Shown piece after piece: positions 10,086 through 22,730 of a stretch of 64,000 nucleotides of DNA. Under the pieces are notes generated by a model. The model was not told where the DNA came from. It searched no databases and was given only the letters and a program-made list of their open reading frames with translations. The stretch's first letter is position 1. The number at the start of each line of letters is the position of its first letter. The position numbers and the translations under genes are program-made. This DNA comes from Blasia pusilla (taxonomy: Eukaryota). The stretch spans positions 5,146,001-5,210,000 of the forward strand of contig CM114271.1 of NCBI GenBank assembly GCA_050084515.1. Reading direction: 5' to 3'.

Positions 10086-11129
10086 AGGAAGATAGCACAA
10101 CTAGTTTTAAATCCTACTTGAGCAGGCCTATTAACATCCATGGATCGCTATATAAGGACATACAAAGTACAATCCCATATCCTTCTATATGTGACGATAG
10201 GAAGAATCACCAGAGTTGGAGATTGCATGACCTGGTTCATGAACGCCTTCCCAAAGTGATAAATTAAATAATGAGTAAACCAGTGCCTATCAACAAAGAG
10301 TACCTTCACATTGTATGGATTGAGGAAAGGAAAGTCGGGCACAACTCATGCTCCACCCTTATCCATGCTTGATAGACATTCTCTACTCTCCTCAAGAATA
10401 GATTTTGGCGGAATTATTCTTCCAAGAGGGATAATCCACTCTCATTGAGAAAGTAACAAGCCAAAACATTCACTATTTTAGTATGACTAAACTCCTCTAA
10501 GGTGACAAGCCTCTCATCTTCACACACACACACCACACTCTAGAAACCTCTCATGGAGGTTTCTAGAGTGTGGTCAAGTTACTCTCCCAAGAGGGGTGAT
10601 CCATTCTCATTGGAAGAACAAGTAATCCCAAAGCCATACACTCAAGAGTGACATGAGAAACTCAAGATGTGGAATAGCAGTTGATGAACCCTTGAAGGTC
10701 CCTCCTCTTTATAAACTCACAAGAGATCCATAAGAGTACGAAATAGAACTAATCTTATCTTGTGCTATATGGCTTCCTCTCAAGGCTTAGCCAATCACAT
10801 TTTGACACAAGTAGATTTCCTTTTATCTCTTCCTAAAGATCCTCTTTTACCCACTTGATATTTTCCAAATTATACCAACTAACCTAGCCACCAACCAAGA
10901 CTACTTTTGCTTTTAATTAAAGTACCAACCTCACTACTTTAATTTTATAAAGTCATCTTTTATTTATTACCTCTTTTCCTAAAGTTGGGCCCATATAAAA
11001 GAGGCACCATAAAGAGGTTTAAATATAAGAATTTCCTTTTCCTAAGCTAATTTACTTAATACTAATACAACTCTATCTAACACTTAATGAGGAAGGAGTT
11101 TACACACTGGCTGATTTTACTATACGACA
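10086..11129 (-). mobile_element. Partial LTR of a second Gypsy family (family D), interrupted by copy 1
   Basis: Homologous to 53946-54982 and to part of 32708-33886; begins TGTCGTATAG on the minus strand at 11129. Confidence 0.85.
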
Positions 11130-14100
11130 CCGTTTGAGGATGGAAGGCCGTACTAAAGCTGAGTTTAGTTTGGAACCTCTTGAATAGATGTTTCCAAAAG
11201 GCATTCCTAAACTTCAGATCTCGATCAGACACAATGCTCTTAGGAAATCCGTGAGCTCGCCACCAACCATCCAGGAACAGTCAGGAAGTCGTGTAGGCTA
11301 TCACAGAATCTCTCGTTGGCACAAACCTCCCCAACTTGCTAAACCGATCAACTATCTCAAGTATAGCGTTGTATCCCTCAGATTCCGGAAGATTCGTAAT
11401 GAAATCCATGCTAATGCTTTGCAAGGGTTCCTCCGAGATCAGCAAAGGACAAAGTAAGCCTTGCTTCTTCGCGTAAGAGACTCTCTTCGCCTGACAGGTC
11501 ACGTAGGTCTTCACATATTGAGCAACATCTTCTTTCATGTTGGGCTAGAAGAACCTCTTGGCCAAAATAGCAAGAGTAGATTTCTCCCCTTTGTGTCCTA
11601 CCAAAGGTCCATCATGACATTCCAGAAACACTTTGGTATGTAGTTTGCCTTGGCCTATATAGATCCTGCTCTACTTAAACCTTAGCAAGCCTTGCCTCAA
11701 ACTTAGATTGGCCACCTTCTCGCCTTGCTTCAACTTCCCAAGGTACTCATTGGCTTGGGCACCCTTCATGAATCCTTTATAAATCCTTCTTTCCGGGTCT
11801 CTTTCATTAGGGAACATTGCTCTCAACACTTGTGTCGTCGATGTTATATGCTCATCCCTGCGACTTAATGCATCTGGAATGACATTTTCTTTCCCCGGCT
11901 TGTGGATTAGCTCCACATTTTTCAATGCCAAGGTTTCATGCCATTGAAGTTTCCTTGGTGTTACACGATCCTAGGTCTCAAAATACTTGAGCGATATGTT
12001 ATCGATGAATACTCGAGTTTTGTGAAGTCCCAGATAATGACGCCACTTCCTCAAGCAATGAACCACCGCAAACAACTCTTTCTCATGAGTGGGCCATTTC
12101 CTTTCGGTGTCGCTAATTATAAGATTCTTGCTCTCGTATGCTACAGGTCTCCTTTTTTGCACCAACATTCTTGCAATTGCAAAATCACTAGCATCAGTGT
12201 GCACCTCGAATGGTTGGTCAAACTTCGGCAGCTCCAAAATTGGTTCCTGCGAGAGGATTTCCTTGACTCGATTGAACGCTTTATCCACTTCCTCGGTCCA
12301 TGTTGTGTTTGCGGTCCAATTTGTGAGAGGTTTTACTATTCTTGAAAAGTTCTTCACACATGTCCGGTAAAAGTGGACCACTCCAATGAACCTCCTTATC
12401 CCCTTCACAGTGGAAGACGGTTCCCATTCGGCAATCGCGCTTACCTTCTCTATGTCTAGACTCACTCCATCTGCACTAACCACATGCCCCAAGAACTTGA
12501 TCTTTGTCAAACTGAACGCATTCGCATATAGCTTGTTCGCCCTAAGTTTCTCAAACACCGTCTTCAAATGTCAAGTGTGCTCCTCTAGTGTTTTTGAATA
12601 GATGAGTATGTCATCTATGTAGATGATCACAAACTCATCCGTATCCTTATGAAAGATGGAGTTCATCAAAGTGGTGAACGTTGGAGGTGCATTACAAAGA
12701 CCGAAAGGCATTACCACAAACTCGAACAAACCTTATCTCGTCCTACATGTAGTCTTCTCTACATTCACTTTGACAATCCAAATCTGATAATAACCTGATT
12801 TCAGGTCAATCCGGCTGAAATACTTGGCCCCTGAAAATCAATCAAAGAGGTCATCCATCCTCAAAAGAGGATAGTTATTCCTTACCGTCACTTTATTCAG
12901 CGCCCGGTAATCAACACAAAGTCTCAACTTCCCATCCTTATTCTTCACAAAGAGGATGAGCGCTCCATAAGGTGACTTGTTAGTTCGGATGTAACCCCTC
13001 TCTAGGAGTTCACCCAACTGTTTCTTCAACTCAGCAAGTTCTTCTTGATTCAACCTATATGGTGCCTTTGAAGGTGGTTGAGATTTGGGTCTCACCTCTA
13101 TCTTATGATCAACCGCTCTATGTGGTGGTAACTCAGTTGGAAGCTGCTAAGTCAACACATCTCAAATTCTTTCACATCTCTCTCGAGTGTTTCACGGATC
13201 CCCTTTGAAGCTAAATTCTCATCTCTTCCTCTTGCGCTTGAATTATCCTCTACTTGTCTCATCAAGCAAAGAAATCCTTCCTCTAACTCGACCAAACTCG
13301 TCCTCGTGATGGCGTTCACCAACTCCATCTTTCTAGGAACCTCATGAACCAATCTAACGTTCGTCCGTTTGCCATTAACCAAGACGCTCAACCTCAAAGG
13401 TCTTTGCCTCACTTCCACCTCATACACATCCAACAATGTGTTCCCCAAGACTCCATCGATTCTCTCCATGTTGCAAACTGTGAAATTCTCCTTCAACTCG
13501 AATACTCCGCATCCCACAACTAGCCCTAAAACCAACTCTAAGGTCTGGTGGGACTTGCCTTCCGAGAATCCTACCCTAATGGGTTCATCCGCCTTGGTTG
13601 TTGGAAATCCCAATGTCTTCAAGATTCTTGGGCTCAAGAATGAGTGCGAAGCACTTGTATCAACGAGCAACATCACATCGCGATTAGCGATCTTGGATCC
13701 TAGGTAAACCAAATTGGGCGTTCTCTTGGTGACTTGGAGAGATGTATCTAGATCTCCCGCCGATAAGTGCTTAGCAACAAACGCAATCATACTCGGTTTA
13801 CTAACCTTGGGCCTCACACATTCCTTAGCCATATGCCCGGGTTCGCCACAATTGTAGCAAATCACTTTGGCATTTGTTGACTTCGGGAACGGCGACCCTC
13901 TTGGCTTCACGTTGAGTTCCACTCATTTCGCTGTTGGGGCAAGAGACCCTCTGTGGTCACGCTCACCCCCATTCCAAACCCTCTTGGATGTTCCTTTGTT
14001 TTTCAATAACTTAGAAAAACCTTTCGACTCGAAGGGATTTTTGGTTTTGGACTTCATCGTCCCCTATCCGCTCCGCTAGCCTCAGAATGTGAGGCATACG

Positions 14101-14965
14101 AAAGAGGGCCTTTTTGGCGCTCGATTTGAGTCCACTTAAGAAGATCACCTTCTTTGTAAACTCATCCATGGAAAGTGAGCTCATGTGTGCATTGAACTCT
14201 CTTGCACATAAGTGCTAAGGGATCCGCTTTGTCGCAACCTCATAAACTCCATGCCATCGTGATACTCCTTATATTCCGGAGTGGATTGGTTACCAATCAA
14301 CTCCTTGAAATCTTCCCAACTCAAAGTTCTTCCACGGCCCGGATGTTCTTTACGGTGAGCCGTCCACCAGTGGAGAGCGTGATCCTTCAGAAACGTGACC
14401 GCTACAATCACCTTGTCTTGCTCATCTACCTTTTTCGCTTCGAAATAAAGTTTGAGTTCTGTTAGAAACTTGCTCACTTTCCGAGAACGCCCCATTTTTG
14501 TGAATGGCATTGGAAAATTTGTCTTACAAAGCTTCTTGTTAGAACTAGAGGCTCCATTCGACTTGAGTTCTACCATCACCTTGCTCTATTCGGCCATCTG
14601 GTCTGCCATCACCTTCATCAAATCCATCATTTGGATATAAAAGTCCGGGTTGTTTGAGTTTGGAGCCAAAGGCCCCACGGAAAGATTTGCGTTTGGAACA
14701 TCCTCATGTCTAGGACTCGACACTTTAGGAGTTGCAATGTCCACTTCTGGCTCACGGTCCGTCATTGATTCATCTCTCGGCTTTTTTGCTTTGACTCGCT
14801 GCTTCCTTGGTTCTCCGCCCTTGGTCGCCATTTGCAAGTCCTTTCTCAGATCTCCTCCTCATCTCTGGCATTTCTCCTCAAGCGTCGCGATCTTCCAGCT
14901 ACCTTGAGTTCTTCTCAAACATCCAAATCTTCTACAACCATAAGTTCACGCTCACCAAGGATAAA

Positions 14966-14976
14966 CTCTGATACCA
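14966..14976 (-). promoter_or_regulatory. tRNA-iMet primer binding site of family E
   Basis: TGGTATCAGAG, 2 nt after the LTR end. Confidence 0.85.
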
Positions 14977-14978
14977 CG

Positions 14979-15996
14979 TGTCGTGCGCCTACTCTCCTCG
15001 AACGTTAATCTTGTTGTTGCGGAAGCGTGCGTTCAGTAGGTCACGCTCTCAACGCTCTTCTGCATCCAAACACGCACTGTGGTTAGGTTGGGTCTGGATC
15101 AATCAGCGGGCTAACTTTTTGAGTTTTCGTCTCGGCCTCTTATCAAGCTCAACCTTCCTAGTTTTGCGGTTTACAACACGGGAAAATCTCAAAAGACTTG
15201 GGACAGAATTTCTAGTCGGTTCAGGAACTTCAAACGGCATCTCGCACATGACAGTTCCAACTTTCCAATGGAAATCCAATGAGTCCCTAACCGAGACTCG
15301 CACAAAATGAATCTCGGGTCGGAATCCAAGTGTGGCGTACAAAGTCCACTCCCTTGGGTCAGGTTTGGGTTTCGAGCTCCTACGCCAAACTCTCATTCCA
15401 TCCCGTGCCTCTGAGACGTCGTTTGGTGCTCAAAGTGGGGATTTGTGTTCCAAGACATCTCCTCCCTTACTAGTACTTCTGGGGATCTCCGGGGTTCCCT
15501 ACATTTAGGGAAAGACACCCGGGCCTCTCCAATTGGCCCTCAACCCGATTATCTCATAGTCGTTTTTGGCCAATATCTCAGTCTGTACTCATGCGTTTTC
15601 TAAGATCTTTGGTGCGTTGAAAGCGTCTCAAGATAAGATTTCCAATGCACTCTTATTTTTCTCAAACGCATCTTATGGATAAACGTTATGGTCCAAAACA
15701 TAGTCAAATTCCTCAAACGCTTGTCGTGTTCCAAAACTGGTTCTCACCTCTTTGGCAACCAACCTTCCAAGACTCATCTCATCTCAAGTCTTGGTTTGTG
15801 TTTGGTCTAGGTTTTGTGGTTGCAACCACTAATGCATGAAACACACAACTTTGTTCCGCGTTTCGTCTCTTGGATTTTTCCAAGAGACCTTTCCAAAAGC
15901 CTCTCCAAAGCGCGATCATTGCAGCGTGAGTCCACTTGAGTTGTGATGTTCCACTTGGCACCTATTTGGTGTTTTTTGGTTACAAGGATCACGACA
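14979..15996 (-). repeat. 5' LTR of family E
   Basis: TGTCGTG...CACGACA termini; homologous to the solo LTR at 44109-45124. Confidence 0.85.
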
Positions 15997-16410
<414 letters not shown>

Positions 16411-17944
16411 AATACATACAACCTCTACTAGATGATTCAATATCTTATTACAACGTCTTTATAGGGAAGCTAATAAAATTTGTTTAATTTTCAATAGGGG
16501 AAGGAGATGGTAAGAGAGGAGGAACACACTGATGGTCTTCTTGTCATGTCTATTGTCACTTCCGTGACCGTTGAAAGCCCATATTCCAACATATTTTGGA
16601 TTGATTTGCTATGTTTGGGACTATTTCCATCGAAAATTATTTTTTGGTGGGCACATAGACTTTGTTTTTGGGACAGTTGGATGGTCACGATGGTCTTTGA
16701 ATGCCCATGGGATCCAACTCTAAGAGAGTAGAGGTATGAAGAGGGTAAAGATTGAGAGTAAGGCGGAAGGGGTGGAAAAATGAGGAAGATGGAGAGAACT
16801 TCCATCTTTTAGCAAGAGAGAGTTAGATCCTCCATAGAAAAACTCATAGAGGAGGTATGGAGCTCAGTGGATCCCTTCCTCTCTATGAAGAGCGAGAGAT
16901 GGATGGGCTTGTTTCCTTACTTGATTCCATACAGTTCTAGAAGGATAGAAAGGGAGTGACCTATAAAATTTAATGGAATATATATCTATTGCCATCAACA
17001 TGAATCTAAAATTCTTCTATCTTGTGAATTTTAGAGTGCACGTATATTGTTTAGCAACGTATATTTGACATGACTCAAAAAACTGCTCACTAGTGGGGCG
17101 TCCTTTTTGCTGTTTCCGAGCCGACTGTGACCTTCACACACTCGACTCTTCTGGCTGGGTTTTCCATCACCCTTCTTATTGAGGCCTCATATGAAAACAA
17201 ACAACGAAAAATATCACCACGAAATTTTGCATTGGTGAAAGAGCACATCAATTGATGTTCACCACAAACGTTTGTGGTTGATGTGCACCACAAACGACGG
17301 GCGACCTGATGCAAGAGGTCACCTCACTGGCCGTAACAGGTGCCAAAGTCGCATTCCAGAGCTGCGATAAGCGGCGTCGCTGAGCGGAAATAGCACTGGT
17401 TAGTTGGATATTAGGTAAGGGAAGCGGTGACGTCACTAGTCTCGTGCGACGTTGTGAACTCGCTGTGGAAACGGAATGCGGAAAGCGGAAACGATTCGCG
17501 GCGACGCGGCATTGGCCCAGGACGTGAGTGAGGCACCGCACGGAGACCTATTCCGGCCTATGGACGTCCGTTTCTTTGCAGGAAAGGCGGCACGTGATAC
17601 GAAGGACGTCATTGGTTTCGGTCACGAACTCGACGGAGGCTCTCCCATCGCTCGTGGACCTGAACACTCGCGCTTTCCTACGGTCGAAAACGCGTCGCGT
17701 GAACCGTCCAATCCTGGCGGCTTTCATGGGACCGACACCTGTCCGTCGCATGAAAGTAACAAACTGAGTACCGGGTGTCCTTTCCCCGCGAACGCGAGAA
17801 GTAAAACTCGTCGGGTGAAACCGAGCGTTTACCGGGTTTCGGGTGAAAGCGTGGGCCTGAAGCCCAGGCGAGAAGGTTGGGGGGTACTATCAGCCCGTGT
17901 TATCGCGAAGGAGCGGTGGGAGCGAATCGGAGAACGGAGGATTT

Positions 17945-17967
17945 CCACGTTGGCAGAGAGAGGATAA
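17945..17967 (+). promoter_or_regulatory. Possible light-responsive G-box-like (CCACGT) and GATA/I-box (GGATAA) elements
   Basis: Motifs ~210-230 bp upstream of the PsbX ATG; motif match only. Confidence 0.3.
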
Positions 17968-18171
17968 CCTTCTGGGAGCGGATCGAGCTATCCGGAGTGC
18001 ACACTACATCGCGCGCGCCATAGCCGGCCTCTTTCTCGAAGTGAAGTGCCACCAGAGAGTCCTGTAAATCACTCGCTCGCCCGTTCTCACTGGAATCGGA
18101 GTGCTCTGTATCTCACTACTGCTCATTCTTGTGAAGTCCAGGCAGTTTGTACAGGAAGGAAAGACAGCGAA

Positions 18172-18795
18172 ATGGCTTGCGCATCAGCAGTTAACGTGAG
18201 CGTGGCTGCCGCGGCTCCCGTGGCTCAGCTTGGAGAGTCCAGGTTTCTGTCCCGCCAGGGAGTGAGTTTGGCCGCTCCCAAGAATGTCATCTCGAGCAAG
18301 CTCGTGGCCAACAGGAGCAGAGTCGTATGCTGATTTGAGGTTTCCTCTTCTCTATCCTCACTGCGGTTTCTTGATGTCGAGCACTTTTCTAAGTTTATGA
18401 CAAAGTGCATGTCAGATATTCAGTTTCCTATCTCAATGGCTCCAGTGGGGTGCAAGCTTTGTGCTAGACTCTCCCCACCGCCCACGGTATCCTTGTCGTA
18501 AGTATGCAACTCTGAGCGGCTCGTACTAGCCAATGTAATGGCACTGAAGCTCTATGCTATCGAATTCGTTGCCTGCAGCGCTGCACCGCAAAAGGAGCAG
18601 AACATGGCTGGACTCACCTCCATTGCCCTGTTGGCTGCCGCCATCATCCCCGAGATTGCCGAGGCTGCCCAACCTGGAATCTCCCCATCTTTGAAGAACC
18701 TGCTGTTGAGCGTTGTGGCTGGAGGAGTTGTGCTGTCCGCCATCGGCGTGGCAGTCGCTGGAGTCTCCACCTTCGATCCCGTCAAGAGACGGTGA
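18172..18795 (+). CDS. psbX: Photosystem II subunit X precursor (nuclear-encoded; transit peptide exon plus mature exon)
   Basis: Exon 1 from ATG 18172 encodes a transit peptide ([16 protein letters not shown]...RSRV). The last exon encodes the thylakoid signal AEA and mature [38 protein letters not shown]. Internal splice sites are not fully resolved. Confidence 0.85.
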
Positions 18796-19712
18796 ACGCG
18801 GTTATCGGACGCAATGTAGATTTGTGAAGTGCCACTCAACTCGTCGACGTGTTACAGTAGGTCTGTTTATGCAGACGAACAATTGTATTCTACTCCATCT
18901 AAAGTGATTGTTTGTGGTTAAGTTTACTTGGAAATGAGCCGCAAGTCACTCTCTTTTCAGTCCATTCAAGTCAGCCATGAGTAGTACTCTTGTGCGCGGA
19001 GGGGCCTCGATGTGGAATTGTTGAGGTTTATGTAGCATATTACCAATGAATACAGAGAGTTTCGATGATTTGCTCTGCCACGTTTGCTGAAACCTTCACT
19101 AAGTAGCTGTTGTAGTTCGGATTCACTATCTGCATTCTCATGTCGTGATCCGGTTACGTGTTCGTAGAATCCGTGGCGTTAGATTGCGGAAGCTGAAGGC
19201 ATCTTTCATTCACCTGCATGTTTTTGAGTGTGCACGGTGGCGATAGTGCGAATAATTAGTAAAGCCATCGACTGTCATGAATTATTTCCAGCAATAAACC
19301 CTAAATGATAGATCACTGTTCTAGTTGTAACAGTTTCAGCGCCTTGCTCACCATCACGGTTTCAATCATTATTTAAAATCTACGCCAAGTTTTCCGCCCA
19401 ATTCTTAACACCCAAAAGCGAAGCTCAATTCAACACTCGACTTGGTTTTGGGCCGTGGCGGCCAGTGCTCCAACACTGAATTGAGCTTGATTGAATTAAC
19501 ATCAATGATCTTCCGATTGATCCTAATGTGTACACATCCATACAACCTTTCAACTAGCCAGTCTCAATGTGCGCCTGCCCCCGCAGGAAGGCGGAAATGG
19601 GCCGAGTATTCCCTCAACCCAATTAGAAAACAGCAGCCACTTTGGGAGGTATGTAATAGCTTCGAAGGCTGGCACTCATAGAACTACCCGAATGTGCAGC
19701 TCATGTAACACG

Positions 19713-19873
19713 ATTGCCTCTTCCGCACAACTTCTGCATCCGTAACCAATCGTGAAAAATCAAGGGTGGCAATCGCCTTCACCATGTGCGCTCATTGCCC
19801 TTCCGCACAACTTCTGCATCCGTAACTAATCGGGAAAAATCAAGGGTGGCAATCGCCTTAACCATGTGCGCTC
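19713..19873. repeat. Tandem duplication, 2 x ~80 bp
   Basis: 19713-19793 is nearly identical to 19794-19873. Confidence 0.85.
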
Positions 19874-20089
19874 ACTTTCAGGATCTGGGTTAGGGCGTAA
19901 AGCGATAACCATGGACGATGGAAGGTCAGACCGCCATGAGTACGACAACATGTCAATCGTCTAGCACTGTGATTCGTCGAGAATAATGAGCACTACATAT
20001 CAAACAAAGCGCGGATACTATGAAGATTAGTCGCGAAAGAGCTACCGGATTCGAACTACCCACGAAGATGCCCTATGGCCGAGGCAAAC

Positions 20090-20185
20090 ACTAATGCTGG
20101 AGAAGGAAAGAGTATCAATCCGCATACGATTCGCACGACTGATGCTGGAGAAGAAAAGAATATCAATCCGCATACGATTCGCACG
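20090..20185. repeat. Tandem duplication, 2 x 48 bp
   Basis: 20090-20137 vs 20138-20185, 3 mismatches by eye. Confidence 0.85.
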
Positions 20186-20819
20186 GCTTATTACCGGCGC
20201 CCAACTTTGCTTTCCCATACAGCTGCTCTGCATTAGAATAGGAATGTCTTGACCACACGGGAAGAAGGGTTGAGAGAAGTTCTAGGGATTGAAAGTCTGC
20301 ACAGAATCTGCAACTAAAAGCTCCCCCAGACCTACTTGAACCTACTTGACTCGTTTGACTTTGGGTGCCCGTCTTCCATGCATGGTCGAACCTCGCCATA
20401 GCAAACTAATCCGCCGGCTATCATTTCAGGGATCCAACTCGTGATATCACCTACTACTTCTCGAGCAATTGATTTTTCGAACACCTAAACCTGGAAAGCT
20501 GTTTACTGCTCTTGCTTCATACTTGAAACTGATATCCTGATCACCTTGTGTCCCAACTCGACCAACTTCAAAACCATGCTCCTTTAGCTGAGAGTGCGAG
20601 AATCAACTCATTGAAATCTAGACCGGCTGGTGGCACGCAATATCTGTGTTTGTAGATTGGGTCTGAGTTTTTTTTCTTCCCTCTTGTTCATTCTAAACTA
20701 TGGTCTTCCGTTCTTGCGCATTAGAACGCACCGCGTGAGAGTGGAGCGGAGGAGGGTATGGATGACGGATTTGGTGAGTCATAGAGCAGATATCAAGCAG
20801 GGAAGTCATGGGAGGACGC

Positions 20820-22730
20820 ATTGAACAGAGGAAGGAACAGATGCAGCGTAGGAAAATTTTCTAAGATGGAGAAACGAGGAAGCAATTTCAGCACAGAGCA
20901 ACGAGTAAGCACCGCCACTTTTTTGAAGATGGCTTACATATTGGCCGTCAATGCAACTTTCTTGCCCGACTCTGGAGGTCTGTGTTCGGTGTCAGATTGC
21001 ATTTCCAGTGTGCAGCACCTTAGGCTTTGGCCTCGAGAGTTGTCCGAGTCCTGAATGCAAGTTTGCCCCTGTGAAACAAGGCTACCAAGACTGCTTGAGC
21101 AGAATTCAGGACTTGATCGTCGCCACAGCAGTGTCTGCTTTGATCGGGAGCTTTATAATGGGAACATCTTCCAACCCGCCCCTTGCACTTGCTCGATGGG
21201 ATCGGGAGCCCATCGAAATGGGGGAACGCATGGAAAGTACTCCTCTCTACCTGTTAAATTCACCAAATGACTCAAGAGGACATCTTCTAATCGTACTGGT
21301 GTTTCCCACATGATGAACCTTTTGGGAACGGCTTTTGAAACGTTACCTCCGAGAAAGAATCGTAATCGCTAAAAACAATCCACTGACTTGAGACGGTTAG
21401 CGTAGCACGTGAGTGACGAGTTTAACCTCTCAACATTCCCCCATGCTATATGATAGAAGGTGTGACCTTCTTCCTGATTTCCACTCTCGTATGTCCGAAG
21501 AAGATGGCAAAAATGATAGCTCGTTCCGTTCGTCAAGCAACTCCTGCCGGAATTGGCTTCTTCCTGGTCTTCATAGGGGCTTCAGATTAACAAGGTTGCG
21601 TTGGACTCACAACTGTCGATCCGTCCACGCTTGTCACTCCAGGTGTTTGCCCTGAAGAGAACCGCGTTTCGGTCTCGCTCGTGGTGATGATCAATGGAAC
21701 ACTATCTCTGAGTGCGAGGATCAATCCTTCTGGAGCCAGACTCCGGATAGCAAGCTCTAGTTGTTGGCTTGGATCGTGGGATTTATCATCATAAGATATG
21801 CCTTGAAAAAGAAGGTGAAGAGAGCTTTTATCTATGGTCTCGTATTGGTCGCGGTAGTTTTTCTTGGTTCAGAGACACAGAGGTCACATATTTCCGTGAT
21901 ACGCCTGCTGGTCAGCAGAAATAAGATTACTTCAACCATTTTGTAGACGTGCACAAAATTGACCGGACGGCGGGAGCTCTGAGCTCCGAAGGTTTCAATA
22001 CAGCTCACCACCCTCATATACCTCGAAATTTCGGACACCACTGGTAATCTTAACGCCATGGCAAACTTCTCTGGAGCTATGGATGAGCATAGGAATTTTG
22101 AGGGACAGCAACAAGAAGAAGGACATGAGCGACACTGCCGCGATTGTGGTAGGTGCCAGTCTCGGCACATCTCCAGTCACGATCCTTCTTCAATTTTCCA
22201 TGGGCATTTGTGAAGGAGGAAGGACGGGGATGACGGCAGTGATCGTCTCCTTGGGGTTTGCCCTGTCCTTCTTCTTCACACCACTGCTATCTTCCATAGG
22301 TCCGGTGTCCGTGGGATCTCCACTGTTTCTATTCGGAGTTATGATGAAGAAATCCACTGTGGACGTTCAGTGGGATGACATGAAAGCGTTCATCGCCATT
22401 ATTATTCTCATGACCTTCACTTTCTCCATCGCCAGCGGTTTGATCGGTGGCATCGGTGCCTACATAGCCTTCCATGTGTGGAATTGGATTGTGCTCGGTT
22501 GCAACACAGCACGCTCGAAGGTCTTTGCTGGAAATGAGCGTCCTGCTCTCGACAATCTTCCGATTGAAAATGAGGAGGACGCGCCCCACTCAGCAATTCC
22601 ACAGCCACAGGTTGATGATGAGATCTCTTACAGACTGTGTGGACTATCCTCACCTACACTACCGAAAGTTTCAATTTCTTTGTCAAGCATTGTTATAAAG
22701 GCATTCTCGTTCCAGACCATAGAGCAATAG
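20820..22730 (+). pseudogene. AZG-family adenine/guanine permease, disrupted
   Basis: Fragments TATFLKMAYILAVNA..DSGG.CSVSDC, DLIVATAVSALIGSFIMG..NPPLALA and IVVGASLGTSPVT...GGRTGMTA...FFTPLLSSI lie in different frames with stops. Confidence 0.8.

Larger units (their letters stand above)
11130..15996 (-). mobile_element. Conventional Ty3/Gypsy element (family E, chromovirus-like pol), 5' LTR to mid-integrase
   Basis: Gag 14181-14579; knuckle CYNCGEPGHMAKEC and protease LVDTSA (13152-13922); [15 protein letters not shown]; RNase H HTDASDFA; integrase SISMDFIT...FSTAFHPQT, cut by the family D LTR; degenerate. Confidence 0.9.
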
